Part shown: positions 33,158 through 42,357 of the stretch, piece after piece
How the letters are laid out: each line of letters begins with the position of its first letter
Numbering within the stretch: position 1 is the stretch's first letter
From: Escherichia phage fp01
Length of the DNA stretch: 64,000 bases
Direction: 5' to 3' (one strand)
Sequence record: NC_048731.1
The notes under the pieces: model-generated
The model's input: the letters and a program-made list of their open reading frames with translations, nothing else
What the model was told of the DNA's origin: nothing
The model's database searches: none
Program-made: the position numbers and the translations under genes

Positions 33158-33650
33158 TACTCCAATTATTTTTCTAGACATTGATGGGGTGCTCAATTCG
33201 AGCATCTCCCACCATCATGCACCTGATAATGAAAAGATTTTCTTTGGAAGTGACTGGGTTTTCAAACCCCTTCTCAAGGCTTTTCAGGATTTTATTCGTC
33301 CTTCTCCGATAATGATTGTTGGAGTATCCTCATGGTTCTCTGTCAGGAATGAGATGGAGAACGTTCAGATTATGACCGGATTAGGTCTTATCGATCGTTT
33401 TCTTGGTACAACGGATTTTACTGGGGGTGGATTATCTAGAGGTAATTCTGTTCTTCGTTTCGTTGAAAAGCATAAGCTCAAACATTGGTGTGTGCTTGAT
33501 GATGCTGGTGCTATGATGTATCAGTATCCAACGGTTATAGTCAACGGTAGGACTGGGATAAATCTTCAAGATTTAAAAGCTGTTAGCTATATGCTAGAAT
33601 TTAGCCCAGATCTTGAAATGTGTAAATCCTTACAACAATTTAAGGTGTAA
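33144..33650 (+). CDS. HAD-superfamily phosphatase-like protein
   Basis: 168 aa; HAD motif I IFLDIDGVLN near N-terminus, later VLDDAG acidic motif. Confidence 0.6.
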   Translation: MEISNTPIIFLDIDGVLNSSISHHHAPDNEKIFFGSDWVFKPLLKAFQDFIRPSPIMIVGVSSWFSVRNEMENVQIMTGLGLIDRFLGTTDFTGGGLSRGNSVLRFVEKHKLKHWCVLDDAGAMMYQYPTVIVNGRTGINLQDLKAVSYMLEFSPDLEMCKSLQQFKV

Positions 33651-33652
33651 AT

Positions 33653-34081
33653 ATGTTCAATAATGTATTCTCTAAAGAAGCTAACCCAATTTTGGTTAAC
33701 TTTTGGCGTACCCTCCCGGCTAGCCTGTATAATGAGGCTATTAACTCTTTGAAAATATGGTGTGAGAATAACGAAATCTCCTTTGCTTTTAAAGATGATA
33801 TTGATGAGGCCCCTTGTATTGGTTTAATTGTTCAGGTAGAGGAGGGTCTTGAAGAGATTGTCGGCTGGAAAGAGTTAGATGAAATGGGCTTAGTTTTTGC
33901 ATTAAACTATAAGCTGTTTATGCCTGCTAAGCATCGCCTCGTTGTTAACTATAAAACTAGTGAATCTCCTGGTTTTCAGGTTAATGAACGTTATGGTTGG
34001 TCTTACTCACCGGAAGAAGTAAATGAGGGGATTCAGAAACTTCGACGTTTCGGGTATATGATCCCAGGTTTAACTGCTTAA
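33653..34081 (+). CDS. hypothetical protein (paralog A)
   Basis: 142 aa; shares PCIG...W.EL..MGL..ALN..LF.P...PG motifs with the next gene. Confidence 0.5.
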   Translation: MFNNVFSKEANPILVNFWRTLPASLYNEAINSLKIWCENNEISFAFKDDIDEAPCIGLIVQVEEGLEEIVGWKELDEMGLVFALNYKLFMPAKHRLVVNYKTSESPGFQVNERYGWSYSPEEVNEGIQKLRRFGYMIPGLTA

Positions 34082-34090
34082 GGAGGCAAA

Positions 34091-34483
34091 ATGGAACAAG
34101 TATATTGGCGTCAGATTGACCCTAGTTTGGTAAAGCGTGCGGAAAAGCTGCTACAACGTTGGTTGGGAGTAAGACAAGCCTCCTTCACTTTTCCGGAGCA
34201 GCAAACGGATGATCCCTGCATTGGCGTTTTCCTGTCTGGGTATGCCGGGGAATGGGAGATGGACTGGAATGAATTGTCCGCTATGGGTTTAATTGTTGCC
34301 CTAAATTTCTCTTTGTTCCATCCACGTGGTTTTGCCATATGTCGTGTGCCGGATGATGGCTGTTCGCCACATCTTTTACAGGTGGAAGACGATATTTGGG
34401 AGTACACTCCAGGTATTCTCAAAGAAGCTAAAGAACAGTTAAACAGTGTTGGGATCTATGTTCCGGGATTAAATGATGAATAA
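34091..34483 (+). CDS. hypothetical protein (paralog B)
   Basis: 130 aa; tandem paralog of 33653-34081; GGAGG SD upstream. Confidence 0.5.
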   Translation: MEQVYWRQIDPSLVKRAEKLLQRWLGVRQASFTFPEQQTDDPCIGVFLSGYAGEWEMDWNELSAMGLIVALNFSLFHPRGFAICRVPDDGCSPHLLQVEDDIWEYTPGILKEAKEQLNSVGIYVPGLNDE

Positions 34484-34667
34484 AGAATATTGGGTATGTT
34501 ATGGTAAAATTAAAAAGTGGAATAAGGGTCAACTTTCAGCTAAGCAAGTAAAATTTATGGCAAGATATTTGACTGATCCCACTTTCGATATTAAAAAGTT
34601 AAGTAGCTCAAACCGCGCTATTATACTTAAATTTGCTAGTACTATTCGTGGTCTTTTTTATGATTAA
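34473..34667 (+). CDS. hypothetical protein
   Basis: ORF track 64 aa. Confidence 0.4.
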   Translation: MMNKEYWVCYGKIKKWNKGQLSAKQVKFMARYLTDPTFDIKKLSSSNRAIILKFASTIRGLFYD

Positions 34668-34743
34668 TCCGTATAACCGAGTCATTTTGACTCGGTTTTC
34701 TCTATGCTCAAAGACACTGATAGCACCTTTGGGAAAAATTTAC

Positions 34744-34772
34744 TTGCATGATGCCCAAAATCTTGATATAAT
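34744..34772 (+). promoter_or_regulatory. T5-type early promoter (plus strand)
   Basis: TTGCAT 34744-34749, TATAAT 34767-34772 with TG extension; downstream ATTTATATTGAATTGAGAG block. Confidence 0.55.
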
Positions 34773-35073
34773 ATTTATATTGAATTGAGAGACATTAGTA
34801 AAAATTGATTTTGCTAATTTTTCTTGTTTACAATCCGCGATACGGAACAGTTAGGCTGCCCCATTAAGGGTTGTTTTAACTGTTACGTGTTAGTTTTTAA
34901 ACAAATAGTTAATAGAATACTTAGCGATCTGCGTCCCATAGGAACCCTGGTAAGGCCTCGAAGCAACCTAGTATGAGGTGGTTGTGAAGTGAGATGGGAG
35001 GAGTGAAAAACTACCGAGACGTGATTCTGTAAGTTATATTGCATCTAGTATGAGCTAGTACATGAAGCATTAG

Positions 35074-38061
35074 GTGAGCAAATCTGGCTTAGCGGCCATC
35101 CTCAAGGATTTGTGCGGTATAATGAGGCAGCAGCGCAGCGTGAAAGTGGAAGTTGCCACCCCACTTCAGTATTTGCGATTAATTGTTGAGAAATTGACAG
35201 TAACAGTTGTTCTATTCTTTCTGAATAGTCCTAAAGAAAACTTATTTCATTTCCAACACAGGAGTATTGTTGTGTTCTCAATCCTACAAGGTCATGCAGG
35301 ATTTCATCGCGATTTAGCCACTGGCATTTGGCGAGAAGTTAAAGCAGAAGACTATCTTTTTGCTAAAAGATTTTCCTCAAAGCATCCTGAAGGTAAACCA
35401 GCTTCAATGCCCTTCAAGTTTGATGTAATTGATGAAATTGATCCTCAAACCCTAGTAGAAATGCTCCCCCTTATGAGACGTTTAACGTCTGACCCTCATA
35501 TCGTTGCGGTACGAGGACGATGTCTTGCACCCAAAAATAATGTGCGACGTAAGAAGGGCAACTTTAATGTATCTAACCCAAGTCATATAATTGCAATGGA
35601 CGTGGATGGTATTGTAGATACAGGTGGTTGTAACAAGTTTGATCTTGTTGGCATGGCTCGACATATTATTAGGATGTTAAATAGTATTAGTGAGGATATG
35701 TTTCCTCTTGATGCAGGGTTTATTGCTCATGCATCGTCTTCGGCTGGGCTAAAACCAGGTATCCGAATGCACTTAATACTAGAATCTAATGTTAAAGTAA
35801 CTCAGGGTCAAATCAAATTCTTATTTACATCTATCAACGAAAGTAGTAGACAAAAGTATGGCTTTGATATTGCCGACTTAGCTTATTACTCTTCCGTACA
35901 GCTCCATTATTTTGCAGATCCGTTGTTTACCGATGGTATAGTAGATCCGTTTAAAGCGGAGGGTGCTTCACGTCTGGTATTTGTTAAGGGTTCTAAAGTA
36001 AATTTACCCAATAATCTGGTTGACTATGAAACAACTAGAGGTGAGTTTAAAGAAGAGTTCTACTCTTTACTCGACCAAATTAAGGGTAAAAAAGCTGCCT
36101 CTGATAAAGTAGAAGAAACTATCAGCGAACTAGAAGAAGCTGAGGATGGAGTGTATCTACGTATTATTCCTAAACTCTATCACAGGGCTTTGGAGGATGG
36201 TGTTGATTTTGCATGGTTAGAAAAAGAAATCCGTCCAGCCTTATCAGAATATATTGCAACTAAAGATAATAGTCGTAATATTCAAGACTACTTTAATAAT
36301 GGTCGTAAACAGGCTCTAAAAGCGTTTGTTAATAATTCTAAACGTGATATACCGGATGTTTTAAAAGGTATTCCACTTAAAAAGCTAGAAACTAACTCTT
36401 TAGAGACTGATAACTTCTTGAAATTAAATACTGTACCACCAGAAGGTTATATGACTTTTGTAAAAGCAAGTTTAGGTACAGGTAAAACTACAGCGGTTGT
36501 GCGTTGGTTAGATTCAGGAGTTATTAAAGGTAATTTCTTAGCAATTACCAATACTCGAGCACTGGTATCTTCAAATGCTAAGAAATTTAGTGCAGGACAA
36601 TATGATAAGTCTGTAGATATGCTTAATTTTAAGCGTGGTGCTATTGACCGTATGTCCACAACTATTCACTCTTTGCATAAGTTCAAGAGTTTTATTGGTC
36701 AAATCGATGCAATCTTTATCGATGAATGTGATGCTGTAATGAATGACCTATTGTTCGCCCCTGTTGTTAAACAACGTCGTGAATGTATTCAGGTTCTTCG
36801 GGATATTCTTGCAACTGCAAAAATCATTATATTATCTGATGGTGATATTAGTGCAGAAACAATTGAAGCATATGGTTCTTTGATTGAGTTTGATAAACCG
36901 GTTGCATTTTATAATCATCACCGTAAAATGCTGTCAAAAGCTCATGCTTACGAGTTCCCTGACGAATCCAGTATTTGGGTTGCACTTCAGACTTCTCTAG
37001 AGATGGGTGAGAAATCTATTCTGGTATCTGACTGTGGGCCGGATGAACTGAATGAGAAGGGCATGGCGTTGCGTCGTAATACGGGTGCATTAGTTAAGGA
37101 AATCCACTCAAACTCTACGTCTGATGTAGATATTAGACGTATTCTGGATTACACAACTAATGAGCTAATTGACCAACAAATTGATTGCTTATTATGTAGT
37201 CCATCCGTAACGAGTGGTGTTGACTTTAACTATTTTGATAACGTATTCGTTATCACTAGAACTAGTAACCAAGCGCCAAACATGCGTTTCCAAGCAATCA
37301 GGCGCGACCGTGGTGCTCAGAACATTTATTATTTTATTGATAAATCTACGAGTGGATTCTCCGCAGGTTCTGAGCAATATAACATTGATGAAGGTTGGCT
37401 GGAGTTAGCACAGCAATTATACGCACGTCGAAGAGAGCTGGAATCTAGGAACTATACTAGTACTTTACGTTATTATTTGCTTGATCAAGGTGCAACTATT
37501 GATATTTTCAGTGAAAGCTGGGGAACTATCGAAGGTGCAGGAAAAGAGTATACGGAAGAGCGAATCAAAGCTATATTGTATTCAACTCCTGATTATTGTG
37601 CTCCACGTCATGCAGATGCGTATGAAGCTAAACTACTTCTTGTTCGCTATTATCATCTTGAATCTATTAAAGATGTAACAGTTGAGCATGTTGAACAATA
37701 TATCAAGGATAAACCGAATGATCGAGCAGCATTCTTCCATAAAATGCACGAGATGTTCTGGGAAGATATTAAGAAGTGTTCAAATGTCACTATCAAACCA
37801 TTCATAGAAGCTCTGAAAGGTAAGAAGAAAGATTTCTTCCTTAAAACAGGTCAGAGTGCTAACCCAAAATATGCCAGAATGTATCTTGGTATGATGGGTA
37901 TTGGTAAGGATATGAACACGGAGAATATTGTAGACTGGTACAGAACTTATTGTAAAATCGAGTGTATGCCAATCCCGTATAAGTTTATGACTGATGAGGA
38001 GAAACATATGCATGATGAAGCAATGGCAGAGCTAGGTGCTAGAAATGACAGTGAAGAATAA
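35074..38061 (+). CDS. large P-loop NTPase (helicase/origin-binding-like replication protein)
   Basis: 995 aa; Walker A ASLGTGKTTAV and Walker B IFIDECDAV; ORF-track start is GTG and the true start is uncertain. Confidence 0.65.
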   Translation: MSKSGLAAILKDLCGIMRQQRSVKVEVATPLQYLRLIVEKLTVTVVLFFLNSPKENLFHFQHRSIVVFSILQGHAGFHRDLATGIWREVKAEDYLFAKRFSSKHPEGKPASMPFKFDVIDEIDPQTLVEMLPLMRRLTSDPHIVAVRGRCLAPKNNVRRKKGNFNVSNPSHIIAMDVDGIVDTGGCNKFDLVGMARHIIRMLNSISEDMFPLDAGFIAHASSSAGLKPGIRMHLILESNVKVTQGQIKFLFTSINESSRQKYGFDIADLAYYSSVQLHYFADPLFTDGIVDPFKAEGASRLVFVKGSKVNLPNNLVDYETTRGEFKEEFYSLLDQIKGKKAASDKVEETISELEEAEDGVYLRIIPKLYHRALEDGVDFAWLEKEIRPALSEYIATKDNSRNIQDYFNNGRKQALKAFVNNSKRDIPDVLKGIPLKKLETNSLETDNFLKLNTVPPEGYMTFVKASLGTGKTTAVVRWLDSGVIKGNFLAITNTRALVSSNAKKFSAGQYDKSVDMLNFKRGAIDRMSTTIHSLHKFKSFIGQIDAIFIDECDAVMNDLLFAPVVKQRRECIQVLRDILATAKIIILSDGDISAETIEAYGSLIEFDKPVAFYNHHRKMLSKAHAYEFPDESSIWVALQTSLEMGEKSILVSDCGPDELNEKGMALRRNTGALVKEIHSNSTSDVDIRRILDYTTNELIDQQIDCLLCSPSVTSGVDFNYFDNVFVITRTSNQAPNMRFQAIRRDRGAQNIYYFIDKSTSGFSAGSEQYNIDEGWLELAQQLYARRRELESRNYTSTLRYYLLDQGATIDIFSESWGTIEGAGKEYTEERIKAILYSTPDYCAPRHADAYEAKLLLVRYYHLESIKDVTVEHVEQYIKDKPNDRAAFFHKMHEMFWEDIKKCSNVTIKPFIEALKGKKKDFFLKTGQSANPKYARMYLGMMGIGKDMNTENIVDWYRTYCKIECMPIPYKFMTDEEKHMHDEAMAELGARNDSEE

Positions 38062-38278
38062 AAAATGGGAAACAAGGAAGTTCCCAGTAAAAGAACGTAA
38101 AGTTCCTGTTTACGACACTTCGGAAAAGCTATGTAGGGTGGTACCACATAGATTAGCTGGCATCCCTAACATATCCGAGTGGTTACTTAAACAACGGAAA
38201 ACAAACGTGTCTCTTCGCATCGGCTTTGAGTTAGATAAAGTCTATGCTGAACTTGCTTCTTTGCTCAAGGAATCGTAA
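38036..38278 (+). CDS. hypothetical protein
   Basis: ORF track 80 aa. Confidence 0.35.
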   Translation: MLEMTVKNKKWETRKFPVKERKVPVYDTSEKLCRVVPHRLAGIPNISEWLLKQRKTNVSLRIGFELDKVYAELASLLKES

Positions 38279-38286
38279 AAATTTAT

Positions 38287-38315
38287 TTGCATAGTGCAAA
38301 AAATTTCTGTATAAT
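38287..38315 (+). promoter_or_regulatory. T5-type early promoter (plus strand)
   Basis: TTGCAT 38287-38292, TATAAT 38310-38315; downstream AGATTCATAAATTTGAGAGAGGAG block. Confidence 0.55.
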
Positions 38316-38346
38316 AGATTCATAAATTTGAGAGAGGAGTTTAAAT

Positions 38347-39051
38347 ATGGCTGGTTCTCGTAGAAAGAAACATATCCATGAAATCCCTGATGAAGTCTTT
38401 AAAAAGGTTATAGAGCATCTGGGGAACGGTGGTACTAAGAAAGCAGCATGTGAAATGCTCGGCGTATCATCTAATCCAACTATGGAAAGGATGATTGAAG
38501 AATGGCAAGACCGCCAGATTCAAGTTGCCGAAATGAAGAAAAAGAAACGTGGCACACTTATTGAAGGCATCGAGCTAGCTAACGTTATTGAGCAGTATTT
38601 GTCTGGTGATTCTTTTGAAGAGATTGCCGATCGTAATTATCGCTCTGTAGCAATGGTTAAATCTGTTCTGGAACGATATGGTGCTCTACTTCGTTTGAAC
38701 GATATTGTAGATCCATTGAATCCTCCGATTATTCCTGATGATGCTGTAGCAGAAGAATTTGCAGTTGGTGAGCTTGTTTGGGTTCCTGGATACCAGTGTA
38801 TCGGTGAAATCAAAAAAGCAATGGATAATCCTGTTGGTTGCTACCGTGTATGGCTTCTATCAGAAGGCAAACAACAGAACGTCCATTATATGAATTACGA
38901 GCTGGCCTCTGTTAAACATCTGGAAAAGCTAGGGGTTGACGTAAAGTCTCTGGGATATAAATGGACTCGTGAAGAAATTATTACGTTGATTAACGAAGCT
39001 GTTAAGGCTGCCCTGAAACTTGATAAAGAAAAAGGAAAACGCCGTGAGTAA
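38347..39051 (+). CDS. putative DNA-binding protein with N-terminal HTH
   Basis: 234 aa; TKKAACEMLGVSSNPTMERMIEEW helix-turn-helix-like segment. Confidence 0.5.
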   Translation: MAGSRRKKHIHEIPDEVFKKVIEHLGNGGTKKAACEMLGVSSNPTMERMIEEWQDRQIQVAEMKKKKRGTLIEGIELANVIEQYLSGDSFEEIADRNYRSVAMVKSVLERYGALLRLNDIVDPLNPPIIPDDAVAEEFAVGELVWVPGYQCIGEIKKAMDNPVGCYRVWLLSEGKQQNVHYMNYELASVKHLEKLGVDVKSLGYKWTREEIITLINEAVKAALKLDKEKGKRRE

Positions 39052-39295
39052 GCTAACTGATTTGCTTAAAGATGGGGAAGTAAAAACTCTGTACCGTAGA
39101 AGCTGGGATAATGATAATAATGGCTTAGTATTACTAACTCTAGATGCTGATTTGGATGTAGTTACCCAACATACCTGGGTAGCTGGTAACTATCCGTATA
39201 GCGAGGTTGTAGCATTAACAGTATGCGAAGCTATTGCGGACGATTGGGAGGTTTCCAGCATCGATGATATGCTCGCTGTTGGCCTAGTGGAGTAA
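39020..39295 (+). CDS. hypothetical protein
   Basis: ORF track 91 aa. Confidence 0.4.
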   Translation: MIKKKENAVSKLTDLLKDGEVKTLYRRSWDNDNNGLVLLTLDADLDVVTQHTWVAGNYPYSEVVALTVCEAIADDWEVSSIDDMLAVGLVE

Positions 39296-39312
39296 CTACT
39301 GAAAAATTTCAG

Positions 39313-39341
39313 TTGCTTAATCCTATAATTCTTGATATAAT
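39313..39341 (+). promoter_or_regulatory. T5-type early promoter (plus strand)
   Basis: TTGCTT 39313-39318, TATAAT 39336-39341, 17-bp spacer. Confidence 0.5.
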
Positions 39342-39398
39342 ATTCTCATAGTTTGAAAGAACTATTCTGTTTAATTCTTAATTAAGGAAATATAAAAT

Positions 39399-39809
39399 AT
39401 GACTACTCCAACTCAGTGGACTGATGAACTGTTCGAAAAAATGTCTTCCGAATACGTTGCTCGTATGGAGCAATTCCCAGAGGATGAACGTCCGGGTGTT
39501 AGCATGGAAATTGTTAGCGAAATTGCCCAAGAAAATGGTGTAACTCCGAACGGTTTTCGTATGAAGCTGACTAAAGCAGGTTTGTATATCAAGAAAGCTG
39601 CTGGCTCTGCTTCTAAATCTAGCGCATCTACAGGAGAAAAAGCTTCTGGTGGTTCTCGTACTTCCAAAGCCCAAGCTCATGCCGACCTTCGTTCAGCATT
39701 CTCTGATGCTGGCCTAGCACCAGATTTTCTGGATGATGCAATTATCGACAAACTGACCGGTAAAGCGGCTGCTCATCTGGCAGAAGCAATCCGAGCTATC
39801 ACTAAGTAA
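39399..39809 (+). CDS. hypothetical protein
   Basis: ORF track 136 aa; AAGGAAATATAAAAT ATG context. Confidence 0.5.
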   Translation: MTTPTQWTDELFEKMSSEYVARMEQFPEDERPGVSMEIVSEIAQENGVTPNGFRMKLTKAGLYIKKAAGSASKSSASTGEKASGGSRTSKAQAHADLRSAFSDAGLAPDFLDDAIIDKLTGKAAAHLAEAIRAITK

Positions 39810-39823
39810 TAAGGAGATTATAC

Positions 39824-40114
39824 ATGAACAAGCAAGAAATTATCTCCGCATGTGAAGCTCATAACGAGTTCTATCTTCATTACGAGAAATTACGCCAAAA
39901 AGGTACTACGTACCTTCAAGGTACTATGGATTTTTCTGATAAGTACCTTAGTAAACGATTTGCCCAGGAGCGTATTCGTCAACCAAAAGACGACGAGATT
40001 CTAGTATTTAGTCGTACTAATGATAGCTTCCGTTTTATTCCTGTAAATAAGGTGAAACGTATTACTTCATTGTCTAGTGAACTCGATAGAGCTACGCCAG
40101 TAGGCAAAAAATAA
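39824..40114 (+). CDS. hypothetical protein
   Basis: ORF track 96 aa; AAGGAG SD upstream. Confidence 0.45.
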   Translation: MNKQEIISACEAHNEFYLHYEKLRQKGTTYLQGTMDFSDKYLSKRFAQERIRQPKDDEILVFSRTNDSFRFIPVNKVKRITSLSSELDRATPVGKK

Positions 40115-40161
40115 TAAAGAAAAGGAGAGCTTCGGCTCTCCTTTGTTGTATATGGGTTATA

Positions 40162-40827
40162 GTGAAAAAGTTAACAGCAAAGCAAATAAATAAAGAATTA
40201 GAGCCGCGAGGTTTTAGTATAGTAAGTGAGTGGATTAATATAAGGACACCCGCCATATTTAAGTGCTCAAAAGGTCACCAATGGAGGGCATACCTAAACA
40301 ACATAAGAAAAGGTAGTGGTTGTCCACACTGTAGTAATAAAGCTAAGCTTACTATAGAGCAAATAAATCAACAATTAGCCAATAGAGGTATAAAACTTGT
40401 ATCCACGTATATCAATGCCCATAGTCAAGCAGTATTCGAGTGCGAAGAAGGACATAGGTGGACTAGTAGCGTGGATAAGATTAAAAATGCAGGAAGATCT
40501 TGTCCTATCTGTATAGCTACAAGCTATTTGTATATATTTTATAGCCAGCAGCTTGGAACAAAAATAGGAACATCTAAAAGTCCAGAGAGAAGACTTTTAG
40601 AGATCAAAAAAGATTCTAATCTAGAGGACTTGAGTGCATATGGAGTATACTCTTGTGAGGGGTCAGCATATAATCTAGAAAATAAAGCACATAGATTCTT
40701 TAGTGCTACACAGATATTTACAGAATCAATATTTGACGGTTCTACTGAGTTTTTCAATATTCAACCAGAGGAGGCAGAGGAATATCTCCTAAGTCAGGGA
40801 GCAATAAAATGTCAGGAGATAATGTAA
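40162..40827 (+). CDS. putative endonuclease with tandem zinc-ribbon repeats and GIY-YIG-like segment (homing-endonuclease-like)
   Basis: 221 aa; duplicated CSKGHQW...CPHC / CEEGHRW...CPIC modules, then YLYIFYSQQLGTKIGTSKSPERRLLEI; GTG start in ORF track. Confidence 0.45.
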   Translation: MKKLTAKQINKELEPRGFSIVSEWINIRTPAIFKCSKGHQWRAYLNNIRKGSGCPHCSNKAKLTIEQINQQLANRGIKLVSTYINAHSQAVFECEEGHRWTSSVDKIKNAGRSCPICIATSYLYIFYSQQLGTKIGTSKSPERRLLEIKKDSNLEDLSAYGVYSCEGSAYNLENKAHRFFSATQIFTESIFDGSTEFFNIQPEEAEEYLLSQGAIKCQEIM

Positions 40828-41120
40828 ATCAGGATTATGTTGGACATGTAGATGATCAGTCCATAGTTATCTGGGAAAGAGAAGATGGCCAACAGGTTAG
40901 GCTAACTGTATCTGAGTTTAGGGGGAATCTATACTTAGGAATTAGGTACTGGCTCCAAGATATAGAAGGTGAATGGTTTCCAACAAAAAGTGGATTCAGT
41001 ATGCCCTACACTCTAGAAACAACATCTCATTTATTTAAGGCATTTACTAAAATATTATCTAATAGTGAGGTTTTATTAGAAGTAGAAAAAGAAGCTAAAC
41101 GCCTGGCGGAAAAAGAATAA
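40809..41120 (+). CDS. PC4/Sub1-like ssDNA-binding domain protein
   Basis: 103 aa; QVRLTVSEFRGNLYLGIRYW...WFPTKSGFSMP resembles PC4-family domains. Confidence 0.45.
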   Translation: MSGDNVNQDYVGHVDDQSIVIWEREDGQQVRLTVSEFRGNLYLGIRYWLQDIEGEWFPTKSGFSMPYTLETTSHLFKAFTKILSNSEVLLEVEKEAKRLAEKE

Positions 41121-41126
41121 ATGTAT

Positions 41127-41155
41127 TTGCTTTCAACTCAGTTTTGTTATATAAT
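41127..41155 (+). promoter_or_regulatory. T5-type early promoter (plus strand) for ligase A
   Basis: TTGCTT 41127-41132, TATAAT 41150-41155; downstream ATTTATATAAATTGATGAGAG block. Confidence 0.55.
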
Positions 41156-41186
41156 ATTTATATAAATTGATGAGAGATACAAATAA

Positions 41187-42158
41187 ATGACTAATGTAAA
41201 AGACTTTATTAAACGTTGTCAAGAAGCATATTACCAGGGAATGTCTTTAATCTCTGACGAAGAATATGATCGTCTGATTAAAAGATTTCCGTTAGAAGAA
41301 GAGATCGGGCCTAAGGGTGATATTCCACATCTGTATCGTATGTATTCTTTACAGAAAGTTTATTATAATCGTGGAGATAAACCCCCATTTAACCCGTTAG
41401 GTCAGGTAGAAACTGATAAGTTAGATGGTTGTGCGATTTCTCTGTTATATATTAATGGCGAATTTGTTCAAGCACTAACTCGTGGCAATGGTATTCTAGG
41501 GAATGATGTCACAAGCAACGTAAGATTGCTGAACATCCCCAAAAAGATTTCCCAAAAAGTACCTACTCAAATCACTGGTGAAGTTCTAATTACAAAAGAA
41601 GTAGAAAATAAACGTAACTTTGCCTCTGGTGCTATTAACCTCAAAGATAGCGATGATTTCGTACAACGTATCGGAGAAGGTGGTTTAATCTTCGTTGCAT
41701 ATGGTATCCAGTGTTCTGCTGAATCTGTAGGTATTACAGAAACGTATTTAAAAGATATGCTTTGGCTAGAGAATGAGAACTTCTTAACAGTTGTTAATGT
41801 GCGTTCCTTCTTTAAATGGATTCCGACGGATGGTAAAGTTGTTCGTATTAATGACAACAACAAATTCTTCCGAGAAGGCTGGACTAATAAATTCCCTCGT
41901 GGAGCATTCGCTATTAAAGAGGATGAAGAAGGCGAGATTACAACTCTTACTAAAGTTGAATGGCAGGTAGGGGCTTCTGGTAAAGTAACTCCAGTTGGTT
42001 ATTTCGAACCGGTAATTATTGATGATGCTACAATTGTTAAGGCGACTCTTAATAACGTTGATTATATTAACTCTCTTGATCTAGAGATCGGTTGCCAGAT
42101 TCGAGTGATTCGTGCCGGTGGTGTAATCCCGTGCATAGTAGAGCGAGTATACGATTAA
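41187..42158 (+). CDS. NAD-dependent DNA ligase, adenylation/OB-fold subunit (ligase part A)
   Basis: 323 aa; adenylation motif KLDGCAI with TRGNG block. Confidence 0.8.
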   Translation: MTNVKDFIKRCQEAYYQGMSLISDEEYDRLIKRFPLEEEIGPKGDIPHLYRMYSLQKVYYNRGDKPPFNPLGQVETDKLDGCAISLLYINGEFVQALTRGNGILGNDVTSNVRLLNIPKKISQKVPTQITGEVLITKEVENKRNFASGAINLKDSDDFVQRIGEGGLIFVAYGIQCSAESVGITETYLKDMLWLENENFLTVVNVRSFFKWIPTDGKVVRINDNNKFFREGWTNKFPRGAFAIKEDEEGEITTLTKVEWQVGASGKVTPVGYFEPVIIDDATIVKATLNNVDYINSLDLEIGCQIRVIRAGGVIPCIVERVYD

Positions 42159-42301
42159 TACATAACCCTTTGCTACCCATCCACCATATCGGAATTATAA
42201 AGTGGTTATTGACATTTTCGCCGCTTAGGTATATACTATTATCATTCAGTTGAGGGATAGAAAGTTATGGCGAGGGTAAGCAAAGTTAGTTAAAATTGTA
42301 G

Positions 42302-42330
42302 TTGCTAAATGCTTAAATACTTGCTATAAT
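42302..42330 (+). promoter_or_regulatory. T5-type early promoter (plus strand) in the ligase A/B spacer
   Basis: TTGCTA 42302-42307, TATAAT 42325-42330; downstream ATTTATATAAATTGATAAGGAAG block. Confidence 0.55.
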
Positions 42331-42357
42331 ATTTATATAAATTGATAAGGAAGAAAT

